Positions 38,836 to 48,628 of a stretch of DNA of 64,000 bases are shown here, in pieces; the first letter of the stretch is position 1; the number at the start of each line of letters is the position of its first letter. The DNA is from Bifidobacterium breve. Lineage in GTDB: Bacteria; Actinomycetota; Actinomycetes; Nanopelagicales; Nanopelagicaceae. Under the pieces are notes generated by a model, which ran no database searches, was not told the origin of the DNA, and was given only the letters and a program-made list of their open reading frames with translations. The stretch lies in the NCBI GenBank assembly GCA_945863115.1, contig CAMAYZ010000004.1, positions 30,171 to 94,170 on the forward strand, written 5' to 3'. The translations under genes and the position numbers were made by a program.

Positions 38836-39629
38836 TTGGAATTACCTAGATTCGACATAGCCATATTGTCTATCAACCTGATGCCATTAATCCAGCCGGC
38901 AACAATTGCTCGACAATTTACGGTTGAATCCTCTGCGAGAGCGAAGCTTTCACCATCAATTATTTCAGCATAATCTAGAAGGAAGTTTGGAATAGCTAAA
39001 ATCCCTTTAGTTAATTGAGATCTAGCGGTTGTTAAGTCTGAAGCTGAATTAGCTAGGTTGAGAGCTTTATAAATGCCACCGGCATTTTCCCGCTCCGTAA
39101 TTGATAACTTTTGATTCCGAGATGACATTGCTAGACCACTTGAGTCACGAATGGTTGGGGCTGAGATTAACTCGATTGGAAGTTGCATCTGGGCAACCAT
39201 TCTTTTAATCAAAAATAGTTGTTGGAAATCTTTTTCTCCGAAGACTGCAAATTTTGGTTGAACTAAATCAAAGAGCCTTTTCACGACGGTTAACATCCCA
39301 TCGAAATGTCCAAACCTATGAACTCCTTCAAAGAGATTCCCAATTTCACCGGAAGCAATAATCTCTGGATCATTTGGATAGATTTCTTCAAAAGTCGGCG
39401 TCCAAATTTTTGTAGCGCCACTTGTCGTAGCTAATTCAGAATCGGCATTTACGCTCTTTGGATAGCTTGAAAAATCATTAGGGTTTTCAAATTGCAAAGG
39501 ATTAACGAAAATACTTACAACAACTTCTTCACTATGTTTTTTGGCAATCTTAATTAGCGAGGCATGGCCAGCATGAAGCGCGCCCATAGTCGGAACCAGG
39601 GCAACTGGGTGTTTAAGTTCTAGATCCAT
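38832..39629 (-). CDS. panC: pantoate--beta-alanine ligase
   Basis: 265 aa with the HxGH motif (PTMGALHAGH) and FGEKDFQQ. Confidence 0.9.
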   Translation of the reverse strand: MDLELKHPVALVPTMGALHAGHASLIKIAKKHSEEVVVSIFVNPLQFENPNDFSSYPKSVNADSELATTSGATKIWTPTFEEIYPNDPEIIASGEIGNLFEGVHRFGHFDGMLTVVKRLFDLVQPKFAVFGEKDFQQLFLIKRMVAQMQLPIELISAPTIRDSSGLAMSSRNQKLSITERENAGGIYKALNLANSASDLTTARSQLTKGILAIPNFLLDYAEIIDGESFALAEDSTVNCRAIVAGWINGIRLIDNMAMSNLGNSK

Positions 39630-39681
39630 GCTCCAGTCCTTTCCGGGTACCGGGCTCGTGGTCTATAGGTTACAGGGCGAA

Positions 39682-40125
39682 TTAGATTCGTTGCAAAATA
39701 CTTTCAACCTGACCGATTCCAGGAATTTCGGCGGTTGGGTCTATTTCAAGCCAAGGTTCTAAAACAAACCTACGTTCGTGAGCCCTTGGGTGCGGCAAAA
39801 CTAGGACTTCTGAATCTATAACTTCATCACCGTAGATAATTAAATCTAGATCCATGGTTCTTGGACCCCAGTGAATTTCACGCTTTCGACCAAGTTTATT
39901 TTCAATCTCCAGCATTGCAATCAGAAGTTCTCTTGGGTCTAATTCGGTTTCTGCAATTGCGATTGCATTTAAATATTTTGGTTGTTCTGGTCCCCCAACT
40001 GGGTCAGTTTCATGGTTGGTTGAAAGATGAGTGATTTCAATAACTTTAGCTAATTCAGCTATTGCGCTATCAATATTTAATTCACGATTTCCTAGATTAG
40101 AACCGAGAGCGATTACTGCCTTCAT
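39682..40125 (-). CDS. folK: 2-amino-4-hydroxy-6-hydroxymethyldihydropteridine diphosphokinase
   Basis: 147 aa with HPPK motifs (ALGSNLG, WGPRTMDLDLI, PHPRAHERRFVL). Confidence 0.9.
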   Translation of the reverse strand: MKAVIALGSNLGNRELNIDSAIAELAKVIEITHLSTNHETDPVGGPEQPKYLNAIAIAETELDPRELLIAMLEIENKLGRKREIHWGPRTMDLDLIIYGDEVIDSEVLVLPHPRAHERRFVLEPWLEIDPTAEIPGIGQVESILQRI

Positions 40126-40484
40126 CTGTGGCGCTCAATCGTTACCGCAATATCTGTAAATTTCACATCTACTGGCGCGCTTGGCTTATGAACAGTTACA
40201 ACAACAGTTACAACAAGTGGAAAGTCAGTAAGCAAACGGTTACTAATTTGCGTAGCCAGCGTTTCAATTAATGAAACTGGTTCGCCCGTTATTTCTTCTA
40301 CAACAGCTTCGGCAACTGTTGCGTAATTAACCGTCTTGGTTAAATCATCGCTGGTGCCGGCTGATGCCAAATCAAATTTAAGAATTACATCAACAATAAA
40401 ACTTTGGCCATCACGACGTTCTTCTGGAAATACGCCATGAAACCCAGTTGCCGAAATGCCAGAGATTATTATTTGATCGTTCAT
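40122..40484 (-). CDS. folB: dihydroneopterin aldolase
   Basis: 120 aa (GFHGVFPEERRDGQSF..., TVNYATV). Lies between folP and folK with 4-nt overlaps. Confidence 0.85.
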   Translation of the reverse strand: MNDQIIISGISATGFHGVFPEERRDGQSFIVDVILKFDLASAGTSDDLTKTVNYATVAEAVVEEITGEPVSLIETLATQISNRLLTDFPLVVTVVVTVHKPSAPVDVKFTDIAVTIERHR

Positions 40485-41284
40485 TTACGCATCTCCTCTA
40501 CAACTGCAATTGCATCGCGATGTGGTTTAACAGAGTGAGTTCGAACTCCCCATACCCCAGCTTTGGCTAAATATGTTGTGAGTGCAATCGAAGCTGATTC
40601 TCGATCGTCAGCAGCTGATGCACCGAGCAGATCTCCGAGGAATCGCTTGCGGGATACACCAACCAAAATCGGAAAGCCCAAAAGATTCAATCGATCAATA
40701 TTCTTAAGAAGTTCCCAGTTGTGGGTTGAAGATTTCGCGAAGCCAATTCCCGGATCCAGAATTATCTGTTCGGGCAGGACTCCTGACTTTGTTAAAGCAA
40801 TAACACGTTCATCGAGTTCATCCTTAACTTCACTTACAACGTTCTGATATTCGGCGGCTTTCTGCATATCTTTTGAATGGCCTCGCCAATGCATTACGAC
40901 ATATTGGATAGTCGGATTGCTTGCTATTAACGCTGCCATTTTTGGATCAGCTAATCCACCGCTTACATCATTAACAATCGTTGCTCCTGCACCAATTGCG
41001 GCCTGCGCAATATTTGCTCGAGTTGTGTCAATGCTAAGTGTTACTCCAAGTTCTGCAAGCTCTGTTATCACTGGAATAACTCGATCGCGTTCTATCTCTT
41101 CAGTTACCCGATCAGCTCCTGGTCTAGTTGATTCGCCGCCAACATCAATGATGTCAACGCCTTCAGAGATCATTTCCTTCGCGCGATTAATTGCAGATTC
41201 AAAATCAAAGTGGCGACCGCCATCCGCAAACGAATCCGGGGTTACATTTAAAATCCCCATCACAAGGGTGCGCTCAGATTTCAT
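40481..41284 (-). CDS. folP: dihydropteroate synthase
   Basis: 267 aa with pterin-binding domain motifs (GILNVTPDSFADGG, IIDVGGESTRPGA, DPGIGFAK). Confidence 0.92.
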   Translation of the reverse strand: MKSERTLVMGILNVTPDSFADGGRHFDFESAINRAKEMISEGVDIIDVGGESTRPGADRVTEEIERDRVIPVITELAELGVTLSIDTTRANIAQAAIGAGATIVNDVSGGLADPKMAALIASNPTIQYVVMHWRGHSKDMQKAAEYQNVVSEVKDELDERVIALTKSGVLPEQIILDPGIGFAKSSTHNWELLKNIDRLNLLGFPILVGVSRKRFLGDLLGASAADDRESASIALTTYLAKAGVWGVRTHSVKPHRDAIAVVEEMRK

Positions 41285-41285
41285 G

Positions 41286-41885
41286 TTATCGATTGTTTGA
41301 AGTTATAAGGCTCATGGCCTCGGCACGAGTTGCTGCATCCCGCAATTGTCCGCGAACTGCACTCGTAATTGTTTTCGCTTCAGATTTGCGAACTCCGCGC
41401 ATAGACATACACAAGTGCTCACAATCAATTACAACAATTACACCCGCCGGATTTAAAACTTCAACCATTGCATCAGCAATTTGAGAAGTTAATCTCTCCT
41501 GAACTTGTGGACGCTTGGCATAAACATCAACCAACCTCGCCAGCTTTGATAAACCTGTTATCTGACCGCGTTCACCCGGGATGTATCCAATATGCGCGAC
41601 GCCGTGGAAAGGCGTTAGGTGATGTTCGCAGTGAGAGAAAACTTCGATATCTCTAACTATTACTAGTTCACGATGGCCGATATCGAATGTAGTTGATAAA
41701 ACTTCTTCAGGTGTCTGCCAAAGTCCGGCAAAATTTTCTTTCATTGCGCGAGCAACTCGGCCAGGAGTATCACGCAGACCCTCGCGATTTGGATCTTCGC
41801 CAATTGCAATTAGTAATTCAGTTACAGCTTTTTCGGCACGTGCTTGATCAAACTCGCCCTTGGCGCCGCCATCATGTGGCCCCAT
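41286..41885 (-). CDS. folE: GTP cyclohydrolase I
   Basis: Motifs [11 protein letters not shown] and RPQVQERLT. Start moved to ATG 41885 (199 aa) because the longer track ORF overlaps the ftsH 3' end. Confidence 0.9.
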   Translation of the reverse strand: MGPHDGGAKGEFDQARAEKAVTELLIAIGEDPNREGLRDTPGRVARAMKENFAGLWQTPEEVLSTTFDIGHRELVIVRDIEVFSHCEHHLTPFHGVAHIGYIPGERGQITGLSKLARLVDVYAKRPQVQERLTSQIADAMVEVLNPAGVIVVIDCEHLCMSMRGVRKSEAKTITSAVRGQLRDAATRAEAMSLITSNNR

Positions 41886-41901
41886 AGAAACTGGAGTTAT
41901 G

Positions 41902-43962
41902 TCATTCACTTGGTGGTGTTGCTTTCTTTCTTGGTTTGCGAACAGCCTGAGCTTCTTCTTCAACTACAGGCACTTGTGGCTTTGCTGGTGAAAGTGCGAC
42001 AGGTGGTTGAGTGCTTGGCTTGCGAGTTTCTGAACCTGTCCATGCTGGTCTTCTTGAAACCAATCTAACTTTCTTAAAGATCATTTCGATTTCATCTTTA
42101 AGTAAAGTCTCTTTTTCCAATAGAACTTCTACTAAATCATCGAGGATATCGCGATTCGCAACTAAAATTTCATATGCCTCTTGATGCGCATTTTCAATCA
42201 AGTTTCGGATTTCTACATCAACAATCCCGGCAATCTCTTCTGAATAATCCCGTTGATGTCCATAGCTGCGTCCAAGGAAAGGTTCGCCTTCACTAACACC
42301 AAGTTTGATTGCGCCAATTCGTTCTGTCATTCCATATTGCGTAACCATTGCGCGAGCCAAGTTTGTCGCTTTCTCAATATCATTTGAAGCGCCTGTGGTT
42401 GGATCATGGAATATAAGTTCTTCAGCTGCACGCCCACCTAAAGAATATGCAAGTTGATCGAGCATTTGATTTCGTGTTGTTGCGTAACGATCTTCATCAG
42501 GAAGAATCATTGTGTAGCCAAGCGCACGACCACGAGGCATAATTGTAATTTTATGAACTGGATCAGTATGTGGAAGTGCATGCGCAACAAGTGCGTGCCC
42601 ACCTTCATGATAAGCAGTTATGCGACGCTCTTCTTCGGTCATTAATCTGGTCTTACGTTGTGGACCAGCCATAACACGATCTATTGCTTCATCTAACGCT
42701 GCATTAGTAATAACTTTTGCATTCTCTCGTGCAGTTAATAACGCCGCTTCATTCAAAACATTTGCTAAATCTGCACCAGTAAATCCAGGTGTGCGCTTTG
42801 CAAAATCCTCTAACTTAACTGACTTTGCTACTGGCTTATTCTTCGCATGAACTTCAAGAATTGCAGTGCGACCCTTTAAATCTGGGCGATCAACTGGAAT
42901 CTGGCGATCAAATCTCCCAGGACGAAGTAGCGCTGGATCTAATACATCTGGGCGGTTAGTTGCCGCAATTAAAATAACTTGGCCATTTGCTTCGAAACCA
43001 TCCATCTCAACTAAAAGCTGATTAAGAGTCTGCTCACGTTCATCATGTCCGCCGCCAAGACCTGCACCACGTTGACGACCTACTGCATCAATTTCATCGA
43101 TGAAAATTATTGCTGGTGCATTTGTTTTTGCCTGTGCAAATAGATCGCGAACTCGAGACGCACCAACACCAACAAACATTTCAACAAAATCAGAGCCGGA
43201 AATCGAATAGAACGGAACGTTCGCTTCACCTGCGACTGCGCGAGCTAGTAACGTTTTACCAGTTCCTGGTGGACCATAAAGCAGAACTCCCTTAGGAATT
43301 TTTGCCCCAATATCTTGATACTTCTGTGGCGATGCTAAGAAATCTTTTATTTCAGTAAGTTCTGCGACTGCTTCGTCAGCACCTGCAACATCAGCAAAGG
43401 TGTTTTTTGGCATTTCTTTTGTTTGCAGTTTGGCTTTTGATTTACCAAATGAGAAGACTCGGTTTCCACCTTGAGCATTTCCCATGAAGAGAAGTAATAA
43501 GAAGCCAATTAATAAGAGTGGCAAGATGCTTAAAAGAATTGAAACAAATACTGATTGAGATGGAACTTTTACATCCCACTTCTTTGGCGGTGGGTTGCTG
43601 GTCAAAAGTTCAATTATTTGAGGCTCTTCACCTGAAACATAAGATGCGTAAATCTTCTTTGAACCTTTAACAAAATTTCCTGACTTTAAAATTACTTCTA
43701 TCTTCTGTTCACGATCCACTACAAGTGCTGAATCAACTTTATTGGCTGAAATTGCTGCAAGAATTGTGGAGGTTTCAACCTTTGTGAATTTGTCACCACT
43801 TGATGAGATGCGACCAAAGAAACTCACGAGAATTAGAGCGAGAATTATCCAGAAAAGTGGGCCACGCAGAACTTTTCGAGCGCGCGCCTTCGTAAAAGTT
43901 ATCTTCTTTTTGCTTACTGGCTTACTTGATTTAGCTTCCTTCTTAGAAGTTTTTTCACTCAT
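41902..43962 (-). CDS. ftsH: ATP-dependent zinc metalloprotease FtsH
   Basis: 686 aa with two N-terminal TM helices, an AAA module ([11 protein letters not shown] region) and the HEGGH zinc site. Confidence 0.95.
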   Translation of the reverse strand: MSEKTSKKEAKSSKPVSKKKITFTKARARKVLRGPLFWIILALILVSFFGRISSSGDKFTKVETSTILAAISANKVDSALVVDREQKIEVILKSGNFVKGSKKIYASYVSGEEPQIIELLTSNPPPKKWDVKVPSQSVFVSILLSILPLLLIGFLLLLFMGNAQGGNRVFSFGKSKAKLQTKEMPKNTFADVAGADEAVAELTEIKDFLASPQKYQDIGAKIPKGVLLYGPPGTGKTLLARAVAGEANVPFYSISGSDFVEMFVGVGASRVRDLFAQAKTNAPAIIFIDEIDAVGRQRGAGLGGGHDEREQTLNQLLVEMDGFEANGQVILIAATNRPDVLDPALLRPGRFDRQIPVDRPDLKGRTAILEVHAKNKPVAKSVKLEDFAKRTPGFTGADLANVLNEAALLTARENAKVITNAALDEAIDRVMAGPQRKTRLMTEEERRITAYHEGGHALVAHALPHTDPVHKITIMPRGRALGYTMILPDEDRYATTRNQMLDQLAYSLGGRAAEELIFHDPTTGASNDIEKATNLARAMVTQYGMTERIGAIKLGVSEGEPFLGRSYGHQRDYSEEIAGIVDVEIRNLIENAHQEAYEILVANRDILDDLVEVLLEKETLLKDEIEMIFKKVRLVSRRPAWTGSETRKPSTQPPVALSPAKPQVPVVEEEAQAVRKPRKKATPPSE

Positions 43963-44510
43963 GAATACATATGTTTCGCTAGAACGCCAATGAAATCTAA
44001 ATTGCGATACTTTTCATTAAAATCAAGACCGTACCCGACAACGAATTCTGTAGGAATGTCGAAACCGACATACTTAACATCAACAACTACTTTTGCGGCT
44101 TCAGGTTTACGGAGCATCGTAAGGATTTCTACACTCTTTGCCCCACGTGATTCAAGGTTTGCTTTCAACCAGCCCAGAGTTAAACCGGTATCAACGATAT
44201 CTTCAACAATTACTACTTCTCGCCCGGTAATGTCGCGATCTAAATCTTTTAGAATTCGAACCACGCCACTTGATTTGGTTCCGGAACCATAGGATGAAAC
44301 TGCCATCCAATCCATTTCGATGTGTCGTTGTAGTGATCTTGCAAAATCTGCCATTGTCATAACCGCGCCCTTGAGCACGCCGATCAAGAGTAAATCTCTT
44401 CCTTCATAATCTTTTTCAACTTGCTTTGCTAATTCCAGAAGACGTAACCGAATTTGTTCTTCAGTAACAATTACGCGTTCGATGTCTGTGCTAGTTGATG
44501 CTAGATCCAC
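43959..44510 (-). CDS. hpt: hypoxanthine phosphoribosyltransferase
   Basis: 183 aa with a PRPP-binding loop (VVIVEDIVDTGLT). Confidence 0.9.
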   Translation of the reverse strand: MDLASTSTDIERVIVTEEQIRLRLLELAKQVEKDYEGRDLLLIGVLKGAVMTMADFARSLQRHIEMDWMAVSSYGSGTKSSGVVRILKDLDRDITGREVVIVEDIVDTGLTLGWLKANLESRGAKSVEILTMLRKPEAAKVVVDVKYVGFDIPTEFVVGYGLDFNEKYRNLDFIGVLAKHMYS

Positions 44511-44546
44511 GAGGAGATTCTCTTTCTACTTTTCAGGCTGCTTGGG

Positions 44547-45524
44547 TTACGGTTTCGAGAGCGAAAGTCTGCCCGAAATTCGGCAAACCTTCACACCACC
44601 TGGAAGGGAGGTGTGGCCCTGACCACGCCAATCACTCACAAAAGCTTCGATTGGCTCTAAATGTGCCGCACTAATACTTCCGGCAGGCGCTCCTGCCGCA
44701 TAAATTGCCATTCGCAAGACCCGGCTCCTAACGGCAACCGGCAGGGTGGCCAAGATGGAAATCTCGATATCCCGCGGCTCCACTTGGCGAAAAACATTTT
44801 CTGCCCACTCATCTAGCGCGATGGCATCTTCACGCAAAATCTTTGCCGACCTGGCGAGAGCGTCGATAATTCCTGGTCCAATATCATTTTCTAAAAGCGG
44901 CAAAATATTTTCTCGAACTCGAACTCTTGTGAAATCTTGATTTGAATTATGTGGATCTACCCAATATTCGATATTTGATTCATGACATGCAATCTCGGTA
45001 GTTGCGCGATCAATTCCAAGTAATGGCCTTACAAAGATTCCAGAGACCTCATGCATGCCAGATAAAGATTTAGTTCCAGAACCGCGGGCTAACCCTAAAA
45101 GCACACCTTCAGCTTGATCATTTTTAGTATGACCTAATAGAAAAGTATTAGGGCCATAAGTTTCAATTGCTTGTTGAAAAACTTTATAGCGTGCTCGTCG
45201 GGCGGAAGCTTCTAAACCATCAGTAATTTGAACACTTGCGCGACCAAGAAAAATATCTTGGAACCCAAGTTTAATTAATTGTTGCTTAGCAAACTCTGCA
45301 ATCTCTGCGGAATTTGCTTGCAAGCCATGATCAACAATTACCGCCACCAAATCAATTGAAAAATTCTTTGACTCCAGTTTTGCTGCAGCTGCTAACGCAA
45401 GTGAATCTGCGCCACCTGAAACTCCGATACAAACTTTAGAATTTGGCTCTAATTTTTCAAACCAAAAACGAACTGCTTGGCGCAGTTCAAGTAGCGCTGG
45501 GGTTTTGATGCTCACAGGGAGCAC
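44547..45524 (-). CDS. tilS: tRNA(Ile)-lysidine synthetase
   Basis: 325 aa with a PP-loop (GVSGGADS). Conserved position upstream of hpt-ftsH. Confidence 0.85.
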   Translation of the reverse strand: MLPVSIKTPALLELRQAVRFWFEKLEPNSKVCIGVSGGADSLALAAAAKLESKNFSIDLVAVIVDHGLQANSAEIAEFAKQQLIKLGFQDIFLGRASVQITDGLEASARRARYKVFQQAIETYGPNTFLLGHTKNDQAEGVLLGLARGSGTKSLSGMHEVSGIFVRPLLGIDRATTEIACHESNIEYWVDPHNSNQDFTRVRVRENILPLLENDIGPGIIDALARSAKILREDAIALDEWAENVFRQVEPRDIEISILATLPVAVRSRVLRMAIYAAGAPAGSISAAHLEPIEAFVSDWRGQGHTSLPGGVKVCRISGRLSLSKP

Positions 45525-45536
45525 TCTATAAAACTA

Positions 45537-46811
45537 TTAGACCCGACCGCCAGATGGCATTAAGCCCTTGATGCTATACATGTTCGAGTAAATGAGCCCA
45601 ACTCTTTTAGAATTCGCTTCCCACATCATGCCATTTCCTGCATAAATAGTTATGTGGTGAATATTTTGCACTGATCCATCATAAGAATAAAAGAGAAGAT
45701 CTCCTGGAACTAATTCATTGAATGGCACCCGCTTTGTTGCAACAAAATAAAGTGCCGCATTTAAACGACCCCAAGTTGGCCAACCTAGACCTGCATCTTT
45801 ATATGCTGCATAGACGAGACCTGAACAGTCGAAAGAACTTGGACCTTGCGCACCCCAAACATATGGTTTGACGGGGTTACGAGCTAAAACTTGTTTCTTG
45901 GCATAAGCAACTGCTTTTGTTCTGATCTCTTCAGTTGATCGAATTGTCGTACGTCCAGTGAAGCCTTTATTTGGCCAAACTTTAAATTGATTTGGAGTTT
46001 TGGTTGCGGTGTTTGCATTAGATTCTTCTAGAAGTGCAAGTTGTCGTTGCTGCTCTAGAGTTACTCTGAAGTTTTTAGCCTTTGCAAGCTCTGCAGCAAG
46101 TTTATTTTGAACAGCGCGAAGTTTATTTACTTCTTTCTGTTGGGCAGCTTTTGCATCATCTGCAACTTTCTTGGTTTCTGCAACTTTCACTGTTGCTGCC
46201 TCTTGGGCTGCCTTTGTTCTATCAGCTTCAATCTTTGCAATTTTTGCTGCGCTCTCTGCCGCTTCGAAACGCTTGAGTGCAACAGTGTTTGTATTTCCAA
46301 TATTGTCTAACGTCGTTAGCTGGTCAATTAAATCCTGTGGACCATTTGCGCTAAGTAAGGCATTTATATTTGTGAAATCCCCACCCAGCTTGTAAGCGTT
46401 CGAAGCCATTTTTCCAATTACGGTGTTTGCCTTGCTTACCTCGGCCTGAGTTTTTAAGGCATGAACGGCCGCAGCATTTGCATTTTCTTTAGCAATTCTT
46501 AATTCGGTAAGAGCTTTGTTGTATGCAACCTGAGCGGTTGCTGCAATCGCAGCTAACTGATTTAGAGTTTTAGTTGCACTACTTAAAACTGCTGCAGCTT
46601 TTTTAGCAGCGGCTGCTTTTGCTGCCTCTTCCTTCTTGGCAGCATCGATCTGTGCCTGAGTTGGCTTTGGAGGTTTGGTGGGCTTGGGAGTAGCGGGAGG
46701 ATTAGAAATCGCTAAATCTGCATTAAAAATTGAGAAAACCGAGAGGCCAATTGCAAGCGCCATAAAGGCACCCACCGATTTACGTGACTTACTCGTTTTA
46801 CCAAAAACCAT
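45537..46811 (-). CDS. secreted NlpC/P60 peptidoglycan endopeptidase with long coiled-coil (RipA-like)
   Basis: Signal/TM segment, an Ala/Lys/Gln-rich coiled-coil of about 250 aa, and a C-terminal NlpC/P60 domain (FDCSGLVYAAY ... HHITIY). Confidence 0.85.
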   Translation of the reverse strand: MVFGKTSKSRKSVGAFMALAIGLSVFSIFNADLAISNPPATPKPTKPPKPTQAQIDAAKKEEAAKAAAAKKAAAVLSSATKTLNQLAAIAATAQVAYNKALTELRIAKENANAAAVHALKTQAEVSKANTVIGKMASNAYKLGGDFTNINALLSANGPQDLIDQLTTLDNIGNTNTVALKRFEAAESAAKIAKIEADRTKAAQEAATVKVAETKKVADDAKAAQQKEVNKLRAVQNKLAAELAKAKNFRVTLEQQRQLALLEESNANTATKTPNQFKVWPNKGFTGRTTIRSTEEIRTKAVAYAKKQVLARNPVKPYVWGAQGPSSFDCSGLVYAAYKDAGLGWPTWGRLNAALYFVATKRVPFNELVPGDLLFYSYDGSVQNIHHITIYAGNGMMWEANSKRVGLIYSNMYSIKGLMPSGGRV

Positions 46812-46893
46812 TTTTCATTGCCCCCAGGGAAGTTATATGTTCCAAGGGTAAAGGGCTTGCCTGAGAAATGACGGAAGTTAATCCCTTGTGTCG

Positions 46894-47685
46894 CTAATTA
46901 GCAACATCACGTCGCTTAAATAAAACTGCCGCAAGGCCGCCACTAATAATTAGATATAACGCAGAAATCGCCAATGAATGTTTATAACTTAAATCTAAAT
47001 TTCCACCAGCACCGATGTTCTGGAAGTTGGCTCCTGGTAACCATTTAGCGGTGCTTTTGATCAAAGCTCCCAGAATATTCTCAAGGATTAAACTCCAAAG
47101 AACTCCGACCGCAATTGCGCTGATTGGGGATCTCAGCAGGAGACCAAGAATCATTCCAAATGCACCAAAACAGAGAGTTGAAATAAAAATATTTAAAGTA
47201 TTTTCAAATAGGAGTTGCATTGCGCCAGACGAACTCCATGAAGAGGTATCTACTTTTGCTCGTCCTGCCAGTGCGAAGGAGATCGCAACACTTAGTGCAC
47301 CAGCAAAAAGAACCATCACTAGCGCAAATAACTTCATTGCAATAAATTTTCCAGCCAATAATTTCATACGTGAAGGTTGGCGGACAAGTAGATTTCGCAG
47401 AGTCCCCAGAGAATATTCTTGTGCAGTCTGTGAGGCAAAGATGCACAGTGCGACGATGCCTAGAAAGACACCAACTAATTTAAAGCCATAAACAAGCCCC
47501 ATTGAATTACTCAATTCGGCTGGGCTAATCCGTTCGCCTCGTTCTCCATTTCCATTTTCTGAATCAATCATCAAGAAGATAATCGAGGTAAAGAGTGCGC
47601 TTAAGCCACCAACTGTGGCAATTGTTCCTAATAAGAGCGTCGGGCGACGAAGCTTGCGCAATTCTGCGATGACTACGCGAATCAT
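46894..47685 (-). CDS. ABC-2 type transporter permease
   Basis: 263-aa six-helix membrane protein. 4-nt overlap with the upstream ABC ATPase gene. Confidence 0.7.
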   Translation of the reverse strand: MIRVVIAELRKLRRPTLLLGTIATVGGLSALFTSIIFLMIDSENGNGERGERISPAELSNSMGLVYGFKLVGVFLGIVALCIFASQTAQEYSLGTLRNLLVRQPSRMKLLAGKFIAMKLFALVMVLFAGALSVAISFALAGRAKVDTSSWSSSGAMQLLFENTLNIFISTLCFGAFGMILGLLLRSPISAIAVGVLWSLILENILGALIKSTAKWLPGANFQNIGAGGNLDLSYKHSLAISALYLIISGGLAAVLFKRRDVAN

Positions 47686-48599
47686 TTGTTATCCCCTGTC
47701 ATCTCAAAAAACGTTTCTTCGAGCGTAGGAAGAACTACCGAGATTGAGGCCAGAGTTATTCCGGACTCAAATGCCAGCCGATTAATCGCTGCGCTAGCCT
47801 CTTGTGCAGCATCAATGTGTAAAGTTCCCTCGACAATTGAAATATTGAAACCAGAATCACTTAGTTTTTTTGCGAGATTAGTTAGATCTACTTCATATTC
47901 TGGTTTGGCAATAATTATTGGTTTTTGGCCTGAAAGTAACTCTTGAGTCCGGCCAGAGAAGATAACTTTTCCTTCACGCAACATCACCAAATATTCACAG
48001 ATCATTTCAAGTTCGCTAAGTATGTGTGAAGAAACGAATACCGTTGTTCCACTATCTGCTAATTCCCTGATGATTCCACGGACTTCTTGAATTCCGGATG
48101 GATCCAAACCATTTGTTGGTTCATCTAAAATAAGTAGTTTTGGATTTGGAAGTAGCGCTGCTGCAATACCAAGGCGTTGTTTCATTCCCAATGAATAAGT
48201 CTTAAATTTTGAGCCACCGCGATCAGCTAAATCCACTTTTTCTAATAATTGATCAACTCTAGAAAGTGGGAACCCACCGAGTTCTGCTAATACCTTTAAA
48301 TTCTCGCGACCGGAAAGCGCCGGATAAAAAGCTGGACCTTCAATCATGGCGCCTACATAAGGCAGATATTTTTCAGGGTGCGAAATACTTTCCCCCAATA
48401 CTGTTGCCGTTCCACCAGAAGGTTCTATCAATCCCAAGAGCATCCGAATAGTTGTAGTTTTTCCAGAACCATTTGGTCCAACAAAACCACATATTGAGCC
48501 TTCTGGAACTATAAAGTTTCCGTGAGATAGCGCTGCTCGTTCGCCATAAATCTTTGTTAAATCAGAGGCCGAAATCGCAATTTTTTCGATTTTTTCCAT
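47682..48599 (-). CDS. ABC transporter ATP-binding protein
   Basis: Walker A GPNGSGKTT, signature-like YSLGMKQRL, Walker B LLILDEPTNGLD. Confidence 0.9.
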   Translation of the reverse strand: MEKIEKIAISASDLTKIYGERAALSHGNFIVPEGSICGFVGPNGSGKTTTIRMLLGLIEPSGGTATVLGESISHPEKYLPYVGAMIEGPAFYPALSGRENLKVLAELGGFPLSRVDQLLEKVDLADRGGSKFKTYSLGMKQRLGIAAALLPNPKLLILDEPTNGLDPSGIQEVRGIIRELADSGTTVFVSSHILSELEMICEYLVMLREGKVIFSGRTQELLSGQKPIIIAKPEYEVDLTNLAKKLSDSGFNISIVEGTLHIDAAQEASAAINRLAFESGITLASISVVLPTLEETFFEMTGDNK

Positions 48600-48605
48600 G
48601 TCACA

Positions 48606-48611
48606 ACCCTA
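48606..48611 (-). promoter_or_regulatory. candidate -10 hexamer TAGGGT, 6 nt upstream of ATG 48599 (ABC ATPase)
   Basis: TANNNT at -12..-7 within a 29-nt divergent spacer. Confidence 0.45.
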
Positions 48612-48616
48612 CCGAG

Positions 48617-48622
48617 TAAACT
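48617..48622 (+). promoter_or_regulatory. candidate -10 hexamer TAAACT, 6 nt upstream of ATG 48629 (metZ)
   Basis: TANNNT at -12..-7 within the same 29-nt spacer. Confidence 0.45.
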
Positions 48623-48628
48623 TTCGTC

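Noticed and set aside
39630-39681. CCGGGTACCGGG near-palindrome between folK and panC
   Set aside because: Only a 4-bp self-complementary stem (CCGG/CCGG) is possible and no T-tract follows. That is too weak to call a terminator or operator.
46812-46893. Possible cyclic-di-AMP (ydaO-type) riboswitch upstream of the NlpC/P60 gene
   Set aside because: The spacer is only 82 nt, far shorter than that riboswitch class, and I could not see its conserved pseudo-symmetric motifs. It is more likely just a promoter and SD.
47015-47491. 158-aa plus-strand ORF
   Set aside because: It is antisense to the ABC-2 permease, which is operon-coupled to its ATPase. The sequence looks hydrophilic and random.
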